Both the position numbers and the translations under genes were made by a program. The notes below the pieces were generated by a model that had not been told where the DNA came from, ran no database searches, and saw only the letters and a program-made list of their open reading frames with translations. From IMG/VR virus record IMGVR_UViG_3300031519_004559: DNA of 64,000 nt. One strand, written 5' to 3'. Position 1 is the stretch's first letter. The number at the start of each line of letters is the position of its first letter. The stretch is from a virus. Shown here one piece after another: positions 7,933 through 17,363 of this stretch.

Positions 7933-9492
7933 TTATATCTCCTCGAATAAATTGCCAAAGGTGGTACTAGCATTCACAGTCTTCTTACCAATAGCACCAC
8001 GTGTTCCTGGAATGGCCATCCAAAACTTTGAATAACTATCAATAACCTTCATAGACTCTTCTCGAGTTGTCTTTGAAAAAATCTCTTCAACAACATCTCT
8101 AAATAGAATACGATCAAACTTTTCGTCTACAAGCATCTTAGGTATAACGCCTGCATCGTACTGTCTATTAGCTTCTTGTACAGCATTAATGTGTGTCCAT
8201 ACGTTATGGCCCATCTGAATAGCATAACTAAAGCTATCCCAGCTCGTTGAGTCCCTGCCACGTACAGTTGTGTTACCATCTGCATCTAGCAAAGGATTAC
8301 CTTCTTTGTCTAAGTCAACATCGCCTTTGAGTACTTTAATAGTACCAATTTTATTAGTATCACCGACTGAATACGTGCAAATATCGTTAACTAATAATCC
8401 GTCAGTTAATGGACTATCTTCAAATGTATTAAAGATACCGTCTTGTAGTGTAGCGTCTTTAAATCCTCGAGTGTCAGTTGCATACTTTAGTTCGTCCACA
8501 CTAGGCACCATTCGATAGGTCCATTTACCTCTATCAGGTGTTTCAACTGATGTATATACTTGTCCATTAGCAGTTGCTAAAAATGGACTAGCACAGTCAA
8601 ATGTAAGCATCATAGTAGGGTTATAGTACTTACGTACAGCTCGTTGTACGTCTGTAAGTAACGTAGCCCATTCTAGCTTAGATGTGCCTAAGAAGTGCAT
8701 TACATCGTGTATACCGCTTTGTAGTAGTCCATCATAGTGCAATGAAACTATACGTTTAAGAACCAAATGCACATCGCACATATTCTGACCACCCATTGAC
8801 CACCCATTAAAGTGATTGTCTGGATATTTGACTGGATCGCAATAGTCTTTCATTTGCTCATACCAGTCATCGGCGTCTGCATGATTCTCACCTTGCAATA
8901 CGTTAAGGAACTTACAAGCACCTGTTCTATGCTTCATCCAATAGTCATTGTTAATACGTGTTGCTTTCACAGCTTCTTGATATGTACTAATACCAGTTGC
9001 CTTTGCACCTGCTGGTGAACGTGCAACCCAAGCTGGAATATCAAGTATCATACCATAGTCCATGTAAGCATCCATCCAACGCAAAACACTATCACGTTTT
9101 TGCTGTGCTTTAGGACAATTAGGATCTTTCCAATCGCCTTCCCAAACACCTTTACCAATTTGAAAACCACCACTATCGCCTAGTGCCCAAGTATTATCAC
9201 GATCTCTATTACGGATCATATCTTCCTTAGGGCTAAACTTAGTAGTGTCTAATTCAGCATGTCCTGCAGAGTAAAGCGTCCACTTGTATGTAAATGCTCC
9301 TTCTTTGGAGTTAAGATAGTTAAGACTTTCCATGCCATTTGCAAAGTTTTTAGGCATACGATCATCAGAAACATACGGACCAGTTACAGGATCAGGATAA
9401 CGTTGCTTGCCCACATAAGTTGCATAGAAGCCACTAAGTGCAGGTAAGAAATGTGCGTAATCTTGTTGCGCTTCTGTAAGGTCTTTATTCAT
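7933..9492 (-). CDS. dpdA: DpdA-like DNA 7-deazaguanine transglycosylase (TGT fold)
   Basis: DSGGFQ, MILDIP, NVLQG, HFLG, TFDCASP TGT motifs; no typical tRNA-TGT Zn-binding tail; context. Confidence 0.8.
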   Translation of the reverse strand: MNKDLTEAQQDYAHFLPALSGFYATYVGKQRYPDPVTGPYVSDDRMPKNFANGMESLNYLNSKEGAFTYKWTLYSAGHAELDTTKFSPKEDMIRNRDRDNTWALGDSGGFQIGKGVWEGDWKDPNCPKAQQKRDSVLRWMDAYMDYGMILDIPAWVARSPAGAKATGISTYQEAVKATRINNDYWMKHRTGACKFLNVLQGENHADADDWYEQMKDYCDPVKYPDNHFNGWSMGGQNMCDVHLVLKRIVSLHYDGLLQSGIHDVMHFLGTSKLEWATLLTDVQRAVRKYYNPTMMLTFDCASPFLATANGQVYTSVETPDRGKWTYRMVPSVDELKYATDTRGFKDATLQDGIFNTFEDSPLTDGLLVNDICTYSVGDTNKIGTIKVLKGDVDLDKEGNPLLDADGNTTVRGRDSTSWDSFSYAIQMGHNVWTHINAVQEANRQYDAGVIPKMLVDEKFDRILFRDVVEEIFSKTTREESMKVIDSYSKFWMAIPGTRGAIGKKTVNASTTFGNLFEEI

Positions 9493-10226
9493 TACTTACT
9501 CTGCGCTGGAAGAATATAATTGTATGTAGCTAAACCACTGTTAACTGTAATTTGCATAGCACCTTGATCACTAATGCTCATTGTAATATCACCACCAAGA
9601 CTTAAAATTGACTGTGTTTGTGCTACAGGCCAAGCCCAAGTATGCGACAACGAACCTTCTATATTAGACTGGAATACAAACTCGCCTGCGTGTGTGCTTT
9701 GATCACCGAAGCTAAACACAAGATCAGTTGCATCGCCTGTTTTTACAGTTTTTACGTTAAACGTAGGTTCTTCGGAATGTGCTGCACTTTGCAGTTTCAT
9801 TCTTGTAATACTAGCAACATGCGGATTAAATGTTACGTCCCAGCTTGCACCTTTAAATTTAACACTTTTAAGTTTTTCATCAATAATTTGCTGATTCATA
9901 AAACGGTAATCGTTTTGGAAATCGCCTGCTGCATTTTCAAAGTGAATATGCGTAGGAATAGTTTCGCCATTGCGTTCTGCTTGCACAACATCGATCTTAG
10001 CATCTTTCTGATACTCTGGATTCTTCAAGTGCAATGCTAACTTATCTAAGTTAGGCATACCAAATGTACCAGATGCAACATTAGAAGTTGTTTCTGCTGT
10101 AAGTATCACTGACCGATCCTCGGCCATTGATTCAAATGTAGTAGTTTCGCCACCCGTTACTTTAACTAAGCTGAGGAATCCCAGCGAGTGTGTTTTTGCG
10201 ACTACGTCTTGTAAGATGTCTTTCAT
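9492..10226 (-). CDS. DNA polymerase sliding clamp (gp45-like)
   Basis: About 244 aa, beta-rich, ends ..YNYILPAQSK; near polB. Confidence 0.7.
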   Translation of the reverse strand: MKDILQDVVAKTHSLGFLSLVKVTGGETTTFESMAEDRSVILTAETTSNVASGTFGMPNLDKLALHLKNPEYQKDAKIDVVQAERNGETIPTHIHFENAAGDFQNDYRFMNQQIIDEKLKSVKFKGASWDVTFNPHVASITRMKLQSAAHSEEPTFNVKTVKTGDATDLVFSFGDQSTHAGEFVFQSNIEGSLSHTWAWPVAQTQSILSLGGDITMSISDQGAMQITVNSGLATYNYILPAQSK

Positions 10227-10227
10227 G

Positions 10228-10980
10228 TTATTCTCCTATGTTAAGTTTTATTATATTATCTTTATGACCGTTTGTCAAGTACTTTTCTATATTATATTTA
10301 GGTTTAAAGCCCAAAGTCTTAATTTTTTCCATGTTCGCACAAGTCCATTGTCGTTCATGTGGTGTATTTAGGCGGATAGGCAAGTTGTCTGCAAAATCAC
10401 GGATCTTATATGGAGTACCCGTGCCTATATCAATAGTGCCTGTATACGTGCTTTTCATACAAAGCTCAATAGCATCGCATAAATCTTCAATGTGTATAAA
10501 GTCTCTATAGTGATCTGTTACATATTCTAGTCCACCATTAAATAGTTTGTCAAAGAACATGCCTTTGCGTGGAGTGTCTGAATAAACGGTATGAAACCGC
10601 ATGCCTAGTGTATCAGCATAACGTTCAGCAGCTTCTTCGACTATGTACTTAGACGCCGCATAAGGGTTCAAATCGGGCTCGTAAGCACTGGAACTGCTTG
10701 CGTATAGTATACGTGTATCTCTGTAGCGTTCAAACAGACGCTTGCTTGCTTCAACATTGTTACGCCAATAGCCTGCAGGATCGTTTGTACTTTCTCGAAC
10801 TCCACTTTTGCCTGCTAGATGTATAATTAAATCAAACTCTTCTGAAAACTCTACATCACATAAGTCAAGTCCGTCTTGTAGGTCAATACCAACTACTACT
10901 CTGTCTTTTGTTTCTAATAGTCTGTTTAGTAAATGTGTACCAATAAATCCTTTATGGCCTGTTAATAATATTCTATGCAT
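10228..10980 (-). CDS. NAD-dependent nucleotide-sugar epimerase/dehydratase
   Basis: TGHKGFIG, HLAG, ASSSS, YAASK, RDFIHIED. Confidence 0.92.
   Translation of the reverse strand: MHRILLTGHKGFIGTHLLNRLLETKDRVVVGIDLQDGLDLCDVEFSEEFDLIIHLAGKSGVRESTNDPAGYWRNNVEASKRLFERYRDTRILYASSSSAYEPDLNPYAASKYIVEEAAERYADTLGMRFHTVYSDTPRKGMFFDKLFNGGLEYVTDHYRDFIHIEDLCDAIELCMKSTYTGTIDIGTGTPYKIRDFADNLPIRLNTPHERQWTCANMEKIKTLGFKPKYNIEKYLTNGHKDNIIKLNIGE
10250..10278 (-). promoter_or_regulatory. sigma70 promoter TTGACA-N17-TATAAT driving clamp-dpdA
   Basis: Direct sequence. Confidence 0.8.
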
Positions 10981-11377
10981 TAACTCGATTCCTTAAATCA
11001 CTTGAACTGAAACGGTGGTCTCTTTTGTTAAAGTGTAATTCGATGTCACGCTTGCGGCAAATGTCTTTACCTGTGAAATCTTTGTCGCGATACTCTTCTC
11101 CTAGTATGCGTACTTCTATTGGATACATACTAAGGATATCTTCTAAGTCTTCTTCAGTTCCGTACGGAATAATTTCATCTACATACTCTACACCTTTTAG
11201 TTGAGTATAGCGTTCAACTACTGTTTGTATGGGTGCGTTCTTGTCTTTGCGATCAACACTAGGGTCTACCTGTAATCCGCAAATTAAATAATCGCATTGT
11301 TCTTTTGCTTCACGCAACATAATTACGTGTCCAGCATGTAATAAATCAAACGTGCTACAAGTAAATCCTACTTTCAA
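10973..11377 (-). CDS. cytidylyltransferase (TagD/RfaE-like)
   Basis: FDLLHAGH, RFSSSDLR. Confidence 0.9.
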   Translation of the reverse strand: MKVGFTCSTFDLLHAGHVIMLREAKEQCDYLICGLQVDPSVDRKDKNAPIQTVVERYTQLKGVEYVDEIIPYGTEEDLEDILSMYPIEVRILGEEYRDKDFTGKDICRKRDIELHFNKRDHRFSSSDLRNRVNA

Positions 11378-11703
11378 TGTTCTCTCCTTCCATCAAATAC
11401 ACAAATAAACTTTAAACCAACGTCTGTGTTGTTGTGTACTCTGTGAAATACGTTGTCGTGGATTAGTACAGTGTCGCCTGCTGTAACATCAAATATTTTA
11501 TGATCAAGCTCCATCTGTCCACTACCGCCTACAAAGACATAGACTTCTTCTTGCCCGGCATGCCGGTGACCTGTTGTACTTTTACCTGCATTTAAATGCG
11601 TACTACTCACTACAAGGTTGCTTAGATCAGTATTGTCTTTAACAACATAACGTGCATCTTCTTTAACAACCTTGCCGCCAATATCCCAATCACTGTATTT
11701 CAA
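11374..11703 (-). CDS. cupin-domain protein (sugar isomerase-like); probable TTG start
   Basis: HRH...EEVYVF...G.G...FHRVHN cupin motifs. Confidence 0.8.
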   Translation of the reverse strand: MKYSDWDIGGKVVKEDARYVVKDNTDLSNLVVSSTHLNAGKSTTGHRHAGQEEVYVFVGGSGQMELDHKIFDVTAGDTVLIHDNVFHRVHNNTDVGLKFICVFDGRREH

Positions 11704-12416
11704 TTTGCTATCCCCCTTTGTTGGAAATTTTCTAAAATTTCTTTTGTGTCTCTCCAACTTTTAACTTGTTTTGCAACACCGCCTGCTTCTTTTACAGCAT
11801 ATGCAAGACTAAAATCGTTGCCGTCTGGGTCCATTCTATCGCCAAAGAAGAATACTCTATCTTTTTGTATTTCCTGCAGCACTTGACGCTTGTCTTTACC
11901 TTTAGCAATAATGTCAATACCGGTTTCGCCACCAACCACTGCACTTACATTAGGAAAATGTTTGTTGATCCTTTCAGCAATGTGTATGCGTTCGTCGGCT
12001 TCTATGTCATAGTAAAAGTAATCTTTGCGTTGTACTTTATCTGCATTACGCCCCACAACACTAAAGTTAACCATGCCCGGCCGTTCTTCTAAATGCTTGC
12101 CGGTTTTAATTGTGTATTCACTATTTTTAAGTTCAGCATTAAGAAATTCTTTAAGTTCGTCGGTCATCTTCCAAGGATTAGTGTAAACATTCTCTTGTCG
12201 ATACCATACATCGTTGCCGTTGCAATTATAAATCTTGTTTACACTCATACAAATTTCAGGACCAATCTGTTCAAGCGTTTTAGGGTTATCACTTCCTGTA
12301 ACTAAACTTACTGTATTGTTTTGCGAAAAATATAAAAACCACAATGCAAATTGAGGATTTATTTTCTTCCTACTAGGGGTAAGTGTGCCGTCAACATCAA
12401 ATATAAAATGATTCAT
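11700..12416 (-). CDS. HAD IIB phosphomannomutase-like
   Basis: FDVDGTLT, VTGSD, ERPGMVNFS, GGETGID, FFGD...GND. Confidence 0.88.
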   Translation of the reverse strand: MNHFIFDVDGTLTPSRKKINPQFALWFLYFSQNNTVSLVTGSDNPKTLEQIGPEICMSVNKIYNCNGNDVWYRQENVYTNPWKMTDELKEFLNAELKNSEYTIKTGKHLEERPGMVNFSVVGRNADKVQRKDYFYYDIEADERIHIAERINKHFPNVSAVVGGETGIDIIAKGKDKRQVLQEIQKDRVFFFGDRMDPDGNDFSLAYAVKEAGGVAKQVKSWRDTKEILENFQQRGIAN

Positions 12417-12417
12417 T

Positions 12418-15087
12418 TTACTCTCCAAAGTCAAACAAACTTGAAAACGTATTATGCCTCTTAGTATCTTCTAGTGGATAGTTAAGAACTCCAATCAAGT
12501 TGTCTAGTTTGTTATCAATAATAGTTTCTGCCATAGCTATATCATCAAATGGCAACTCTTTAAACCAATCAGGAATACGTAACTCGTCTGTTGGATACGC
12601 AACACTTGTATACCCTAGTGGATTTTGTTTTAGTTTACAAACAATGACCTTCATGCCGTCTACAACTTCTTGCGAGTACTTGTCACCATTCATACGTTTG
12701 AGTGTATTCCAATTAATACTTGCTCTAACGTGTCCAGGCATGTTTGCTTTGCCTTGCTTTTCTTCAAGTCGTTGATAGTGTCCGACTTTGTTTGCACGTT
12801 TCGGACTACCTTTCTCCCAACCAGGCCTCTCACTAAACTCCTTACGGAATACAGTAATACGTTCTAGTACATCTTCTTGCGGCTTGTCAGTAAGCACCAT
12901 AAGCAATAGCTCACTTAGGAACTCTTGCATAAACACGGGAGTATCTGATCTACGCAAGTCCAAGCCCATTGCTTTTACTTTACCTGCTTTGCCGTCTACA
13001 TCTGTTCTAAAGCCTTCAATGTCATACACTAGTGCTGCATAACGCTTCTTAGTAATAAACAACCCTGACTGTGCTACAATTTCTCTAGCCGCTGCAATAA
13101 CGTCTGATCTACTCTTTGGACAATGAAATGCTTCCATCATAAACTTTGGAAAAGTTTCATTAGCCGCTTCGCATACTTGATCATATAGTGTAATTACGTT
13201 GTCCTTATCCCAAGGAATAGAACCATTGTCAATTTGCTCTTTGAGAATAGGATAACCACTAAAGTAACATGAGTCAGTATCACCATAGATCATTGCATCA
13301 CCTGTGTGATCATAAACACCTGTAATAGTCTTGTTAACTTCTGCACTCATATGCTTAACAATAGTACGTCCTGTTAGTGTTGTACTTTGTCCGATACGTT
13401 TGTCAAAGAATCTACAACCTGGATTAAGAATTGCACCATACAAACTGTTAAGCAAAATCTTCTTAACTAGCTGTCGCTTATCCCAATACTCAATCTCTGC
13501 TGAGTTGCCGGCGTCCTTAGCTTTCTTTAGCTTCTTCTGCATCTCTTTACGTTCAGCATACCAACGTTTTAAAATACCTGGAATAACACCTTCAAACTCT
13601 GTAGTAAAAATAGTACCGTTACTACTAAGCATCCAGGGTTGATGACTATCAAACACTGCTTTATAAATTTCAGCACCGCTTAGAACGTCACTGCCCCCGC
13701 TCTCCCAGTCAATGGTTAGCGCAACATCTTTACGCTGTTCCATAACTGCTTCATATTCTTCTGTACTAAAGCGTCCTTCCCAACTACCAGCAAAACTCTT
13801 CTTCTTTAAGAACATGTCTTCGTGTACACGAGCATCACTAATGTCTGGACGTATTTGTCCAATAACAGTTTCTGGCGCCATGTTTAATGCACGAATAACT
13901 GACGGATATAGTGAGTTCAAATCCATTGAACCAATCCATTTGTGCAAGCCCTTCTTAGGAAATGCTACATATGCACCAGCCGCTTGTGTATTTTCGTCAT
14001 CACGTCTTTGTCGATTAGGAACTTGTAAGCCTCTATGGTGAGCTTCGTTAACAATGCCTTGTTCTGTAACAGCAACAGCGCCCATTGTAGTTTGAATAAG
14101 AACTGTGTTCTCGTGTGCAATAGTGTTAGACAAGTCAATAAAGCGTAGTTTCTTATCTAGTTTATCAAGTAGTGCTGTATCTTGAATGTTATATTGAATA
14201 AATTTACGGAAGTCGTTGTTGTATAATTGATCAAGTGTGCCTTCGTATTCAACTTTGTTTTCACCTACCTCAATCTCGCCAATAGCATCTAGTCGATATG
14301 TGTGACGCTCTTCGTAGGTGTACTTGCGATACAAATTCAAACTATCTAAGTGTACACGCCCAACTAAGTCAAACGTTTGGCTTTCTTTGCCGTACTTCTC
14401 GTACATACGCTTCTTAGGAAGTTGGCCCCACAAGCAGAATCTACGTGTGTCGTCTTTGCTTAGTACACGACTAGTCCTGTTTACAGTATATGGAATATCA
14501 TATCCTTCACTGTTCCATCCACTAAGTACATCACTGTCTTCAATAAGTGTTAAGAAAGTATCAATCATTTCACTTTCTTTTTCAACTAGCATTACATTGT
14601 CTATGCCTTCAACTTCTTTACGTGCTTGCTCCATAGTAAGTGTCTTTGGAGGTACAGCAATACATATCATAGTGTCGAGCCACTGTAAGTATACACTAAT
14701 ACTTGTAATAGGCATAAACGGATCACTAGGATCAGCAAAGCCACGTTCTGGATCAAAGTCGGTCTCAATATCAAAAAATGCAACGTTTAGTTTAGGTGCA
14801 TCTGCGTTAAGATAGTTATCACTCAAACATTGAAAAATAGGATTAATGTCACTTTCAAACAGTTCTTTGTCTCTGTTAATAGCAACTTCTTTGCGGAAGT
14901 CTTTTGTACTCTTACATACAATACGACTTAGGGGATCACCGTATACACTTTTGTACTTGCCCCTAGGGTCTTTATAAAAAAATGTATATTTAGATTGATA
15001 TTCACGGTAAATTCTTTTACCATCTTTGCGTTCAACAGCTCGAATGATATCGGCGTCGCGATCAAAGAATGCGTCTACGTAGCTCAT
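12418..15087 (-). CDS. family B DNA polymerase (gp43-like)
   Basis: DIETD exonuclease, DLNSLYPS, KILLNSLYG, YGDTDS, KKRY; start at MSYVDAF after SD GAAGGAG. Confidence 0.96.
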   Translation of the reverse strand: MSYVDAFFDRDADIIRAVERKDGKRIYREYQSKYTFFYKDPRGKYKSVYGDPLSRIVCKSTKDFRKEVAINRDKELFESDINPIFQCLSDNYLNADAPKLNVAFFDIETDFDPERGFADPSDPFMPITSISVYLQWLDTMICIAVPPKTLTMEQARKEVEGIDNVMLVEKESEMIDTFLTLIEDSDVLSGWNSEGYDIPYTVNRTSRVLSKDDTRRFCLWGQLPKKRMYEKYGKESQTFDLVGRVHLDSLNLYRKYTYEERHTYRLDAIGEIEVGENKVEYEGTLDQLYNNDFRKFIQYNIQDTALLDKLDKKLRFIDLSNTIAHENTVLIQTTMGAVAVTEQGIVNEAHHRGLQVPNRQRRDDENTQAAGAYVAFPKKGLHKWIGSMDLNSLYPSVIRALNMAPETVIGQIRPDISDARVHEDMFLKKKSFAGSWEGRFSTEEYEAVMEQRKDVALTIDWESGGSDVLSGAEIYKAVFDSHQPWMLSSNGTIFTTEFEGVIPGILKRWYAERKEMQKKLKKAKDAGNSAEIEYWDKRQLVKKILLNSLYGAILNPGCRFFDKRIGQSTTLTGRTIVKHMSAEVNKTITGVYDHTGDAMIYGDTDSCYFSGYPILKEQIDNGSIPWDKDNVITLYDQVCEAANETFPKFMMEAFHCPKSRSDVIAAAREIVAQSGLFITKKRYAALVYDIEGFRTDVDGKAGKVKAMGLDLRRSDTPVFMQEFLSELLLMVLTDKPQEDVLERITVFRKEFSERPGWEKGSPKRANKVGHYQRLEEKQGKANMPGHVRASINWNTLKRMNGDKYSQEVVDGMKVIVCKLKQNPLGYTSVAYPTDELRIPDWFKELPFDDIAMAETIIDNKLDNLIGVLNYPLEDTKRHNTFSSLFDFGE

Positions 15088-15160
15088 GTATTCTCCTTCG
15101 TTGCTTATGGCCAACTTAACCTTCTACATGCCTAGCTAATAGCTATTGGCGTATTATTAA

Positions 15161-15442
15161 TTATAGCACAAATAGTTGTATAAGAGCAAGACAATTCATT
15201 ACTACAAACCAACTACACAGTACTATTACAAATGCTGCTTGCCTAATTACTGCACTAACAACACCTAATAGACTTCCTACCAAATACATAGGTACAAATA
15301 TCTTTGTTGCTGGATCTAAGATAGTAAATGTTAGAACAGCACTTGCACCAATTAGCAGTACTGCTTCTATCATTTCACAGTAGAACGCTACAGGACTAGT
15401 TCTGTAACTGTTCTTGAAAAACTCTGTAATCTTATCAATCAC
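15161..15442 (-). CDS. small multi-TM membrane protein
   Basis: Three hydrophobic segments. Confidence 0.7.
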   Translation of the reverse strand: MIDKITEFFKNSYRTSPVAFYCEMIEAVLLIGASAVLTFTILDPATKIFVPMYLVGSLLGVVSAVIRQAAFVIVLCSWFVVMNCLALIQLFVL

Positions 15443-15699
15443 TTATCTTTGCCTACCGTAACAACAAGTGTTTCCAAATCGTCAAATTCATCAGCAACTC
15501 TATCCCAGTCACCTTTTTGTGCAATTTTAATTGCTTTGTTAATCATTGATGGCTTAATATCAAGTTCTTCAGCTACAGCCTTTACTGTTTCTTTTAGACC
15601 CATATTTAGATCCTCAATTTCTTGTAGTACTGTAACACCTTCGTTAACAAGTCGTTCTAGTTTGGCCTTCTCTTCAGCCCCGTATGTGCGATCACTCAT
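15439..15699 (-). CDS. dsDNA-binding protein (T4 DsbA / GapR-DUF2312-like)
   Basis: KLERLV...EIEDL...LKETV...INKAIKI helical pattern. Confidence 0.6.
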   Translation of the reverse strand: MSDRTYGAEEKAKLERLVNEGVTVLQEIEDLNMGLKETVKAVAEELDIKPSMINKAIKIAQKGDWDRVADEFDDLETLVVTVGKDK

Positions 15700-15723
15700 A
15701 AGTTTCTCCTTTAATTTATATAC

Positions 15724-15752
15724 ATTGTACAGGATTTATTGTTGTTTGTCAA
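15724..15752 (-). promoter_or_regulatory. sigma70 promoter TTGACA-N17-TACAAT
   Basis: Direct sequence. Confidence 0.75.
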
Positions 15753-15933
15753 GAACTATTTTGGCTTTATAGGCTTCTTCAAACCCTTCTTCGTGGATAT
15801 AACTTTCATTATTTCCCCAAAGTCGTTTGAAGTAGCCGTCGGCACAAGCAATGATAGTTTCATCATTTGTTCCTAAGTGGCCTTTGGTCATATAGAATAA
15901 CCGACATGCTTCTTTAAGTTCTTTTTCTGTCAT
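15736..15933 (-). CDS. hypothetical protein
   Basis: TAAATA 4 nt before ATG. Confidence 0.6.
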   Translation of the reverse strand: MTEKELKEACRLFYMTKGHLGTNDETIIACADGYFKRLWGNNESYIHEEGFEEAYKAKIVLDKQQ

Positions 15934-15975
15934 CACGTATTTAGACCTTATACTATAGGCAATCGTAATTGTTGG

Positions 15976-16704
15976 TTAAGATTTGTGTTTTGCTAGTGCT
16001 TTGTAAAGTTGGGCTTTGATTGATGATTCGTTGGCATGTATTGCGGCTTGTTGTTTTTTACGCATAGGATGTCCTTTACCGTGGATACCTTTCTTACGTC
16101 CGTCACCTTCTTCAACACCGTCTTTCTTTTGTATTTTAGATAGCGTTTTTTGCATAGATATAATTTGTGATCTAAACATTGGATTTGTGATAAGTTCTGA
16201 AAATAATGCAACGTATGGTTTAATAACATCACGTTCTCTTTCAGATAGTATTTCGCCCGAAGCGGCTTTTTTAAGTCCGATAGCAATCAATGCACTTTCG
16301 TCCATTTCTGGGTCTATTGCACCACCTAAAGTTGACGCCGCAGGTGTCAGTGCTCTTACGTCTATATCTTCTTCGCCGACTAGTTTATCTTTTAAAGGGT
16401 GCGTAGTACGCTTCGGTTCTGCTGTAGGTATAGGATCACTGCCTTTAGCTTGTCCTGCACTTCCAGTTTTTTGTGATTCTGTTATTCCTGCTAATTTAGC
16501 AAAATCTGATACATTATCAATGCCTAACGGCATTGATCCTTGTGGTACTTGTACACTTTCGGTTATGTAATCTTTTGTTGGGGGAGCATCTGGAGCCGGA
16601 GCGTTAGCCATTTGTAACAATGCTTGTTTATCTGCTGCTGGGTCTGAAGGAAATAAGTCCTTCATTTTTGCACTTAGTTTGTAAAAGTCGTCCATGTTAG
16701 GCAT
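15976..16704 (-). CDS. modular putative internal head protein
   Basis: Repeated ITE|S, VGE|E, VEE|G, ANE|S sites; LAGI motif. Confidence 0.6.
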   Translation of the reverse strand: MPNMDDFYKLSAKMKDLFPSDPAADKQALLQMANAPAPDAPPTKDYITESVQVPQGSMPLGIDNVSDFAKLAGITESQKTGSAGQAKGSDPIPTAEPKRTTHPLKDKLVGEEDIDVRALTPAASTLGGAIDPEMDESALIAIGLKKAASGEILSERERDVIKPYVALFSELITNPMFRSQIISMQKTLSKIQKKDGVEEGDGRKKGIHGKGHPMRKKQQAAIHANESSIKAQLYKALAKHKS

Positions 16705-17323
16705 CGCCCTTTACTCTGTGACAACTATCTCCTTTACCTCTACGATAGCCTTTCCAGCATACTTTACCATGACTGCCTTTTTTCTTTTCTTCGTCAAGTG
16801 TAGTATAACTTGGATTGCCGCACTTGGTGCAGTTATCTACTTTTTTTTTTGAATCTTCTTTAACTGTTGGTTTTTCGTGAGTCCAACCTTTTTTGGCCAT
16901 ATCTTTATGATCTTGTTCAACTTTGGCCATTTTGCTTTTGCCAGTCTTTGGATCATACATCATATGTGGTTTGAATTTTTCGTCTTTGCCTTTTTTTGTT
17001 TCTAGCATTGCAGATAACCCATCTTTATAGCTAGAGCGTTTTGCTTCAGCAACAGCTTCGTTGGCAAACTTTGTATCGTAATCCATAGCGTGGTATACAG
17101 AGCCAACATAATCTGCGGCTTTTGTTATTTTACTCTGTTGCCAACCTTCGATGCCTTCTGCTTCGCTTACACTTTTTAACATGTCATGAAGTTTAATTGC
17201 ATACTTTGCAATTTTATACAAATCAGCTCTTGCCATTTGTACTTCATGATCACGTTCAGCCATGTCAGCTAAACTAGCTAAGCCACCTTCGTTTACTTGG
17301 TTTTTAATTTCATTGTGCCGCAT
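16697..17323 (-). CDS. modular putative internal head polyprotein
   Basis: VNE|G, VAE|A, VKE|D, LDE|E separating Lys-rich modules; SD GGAGAG. Confidence 0.6.
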   Translation of the reverse strand: MRHNEIKNQVNEGGLASLADMAERDHEVQMARADLYKIAKYAIKLHDMLKSVSEAEGIEGWQQSKITKAADYVGSVYHAMDYDTKFANEAVAEAKRSSYKDGLSAMLETKKGKDEKFKPHMMYDPKTGKSKMAKVEQDHKDMAKKGWTHEKPTVKEDSKKKVDNCTKCGNPSYTTLDEEKKKGSHGKVCWKGYRRGKGDSCHRVKGDA

Positions 17324-17363
17324 TATACTCTCCGTATACATATTTATGCTTTATAAATAGTAT

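Noticed and set aside
7933-9492. Calling the TGT-fold protein a tRNA-guanine transglycosylase (tgt)
   Set aside because: It lacks the CxCxxC Zn motif of tRNA TGTs and is coupled to the clamp and deazaguanine genes, so DpdA fits better
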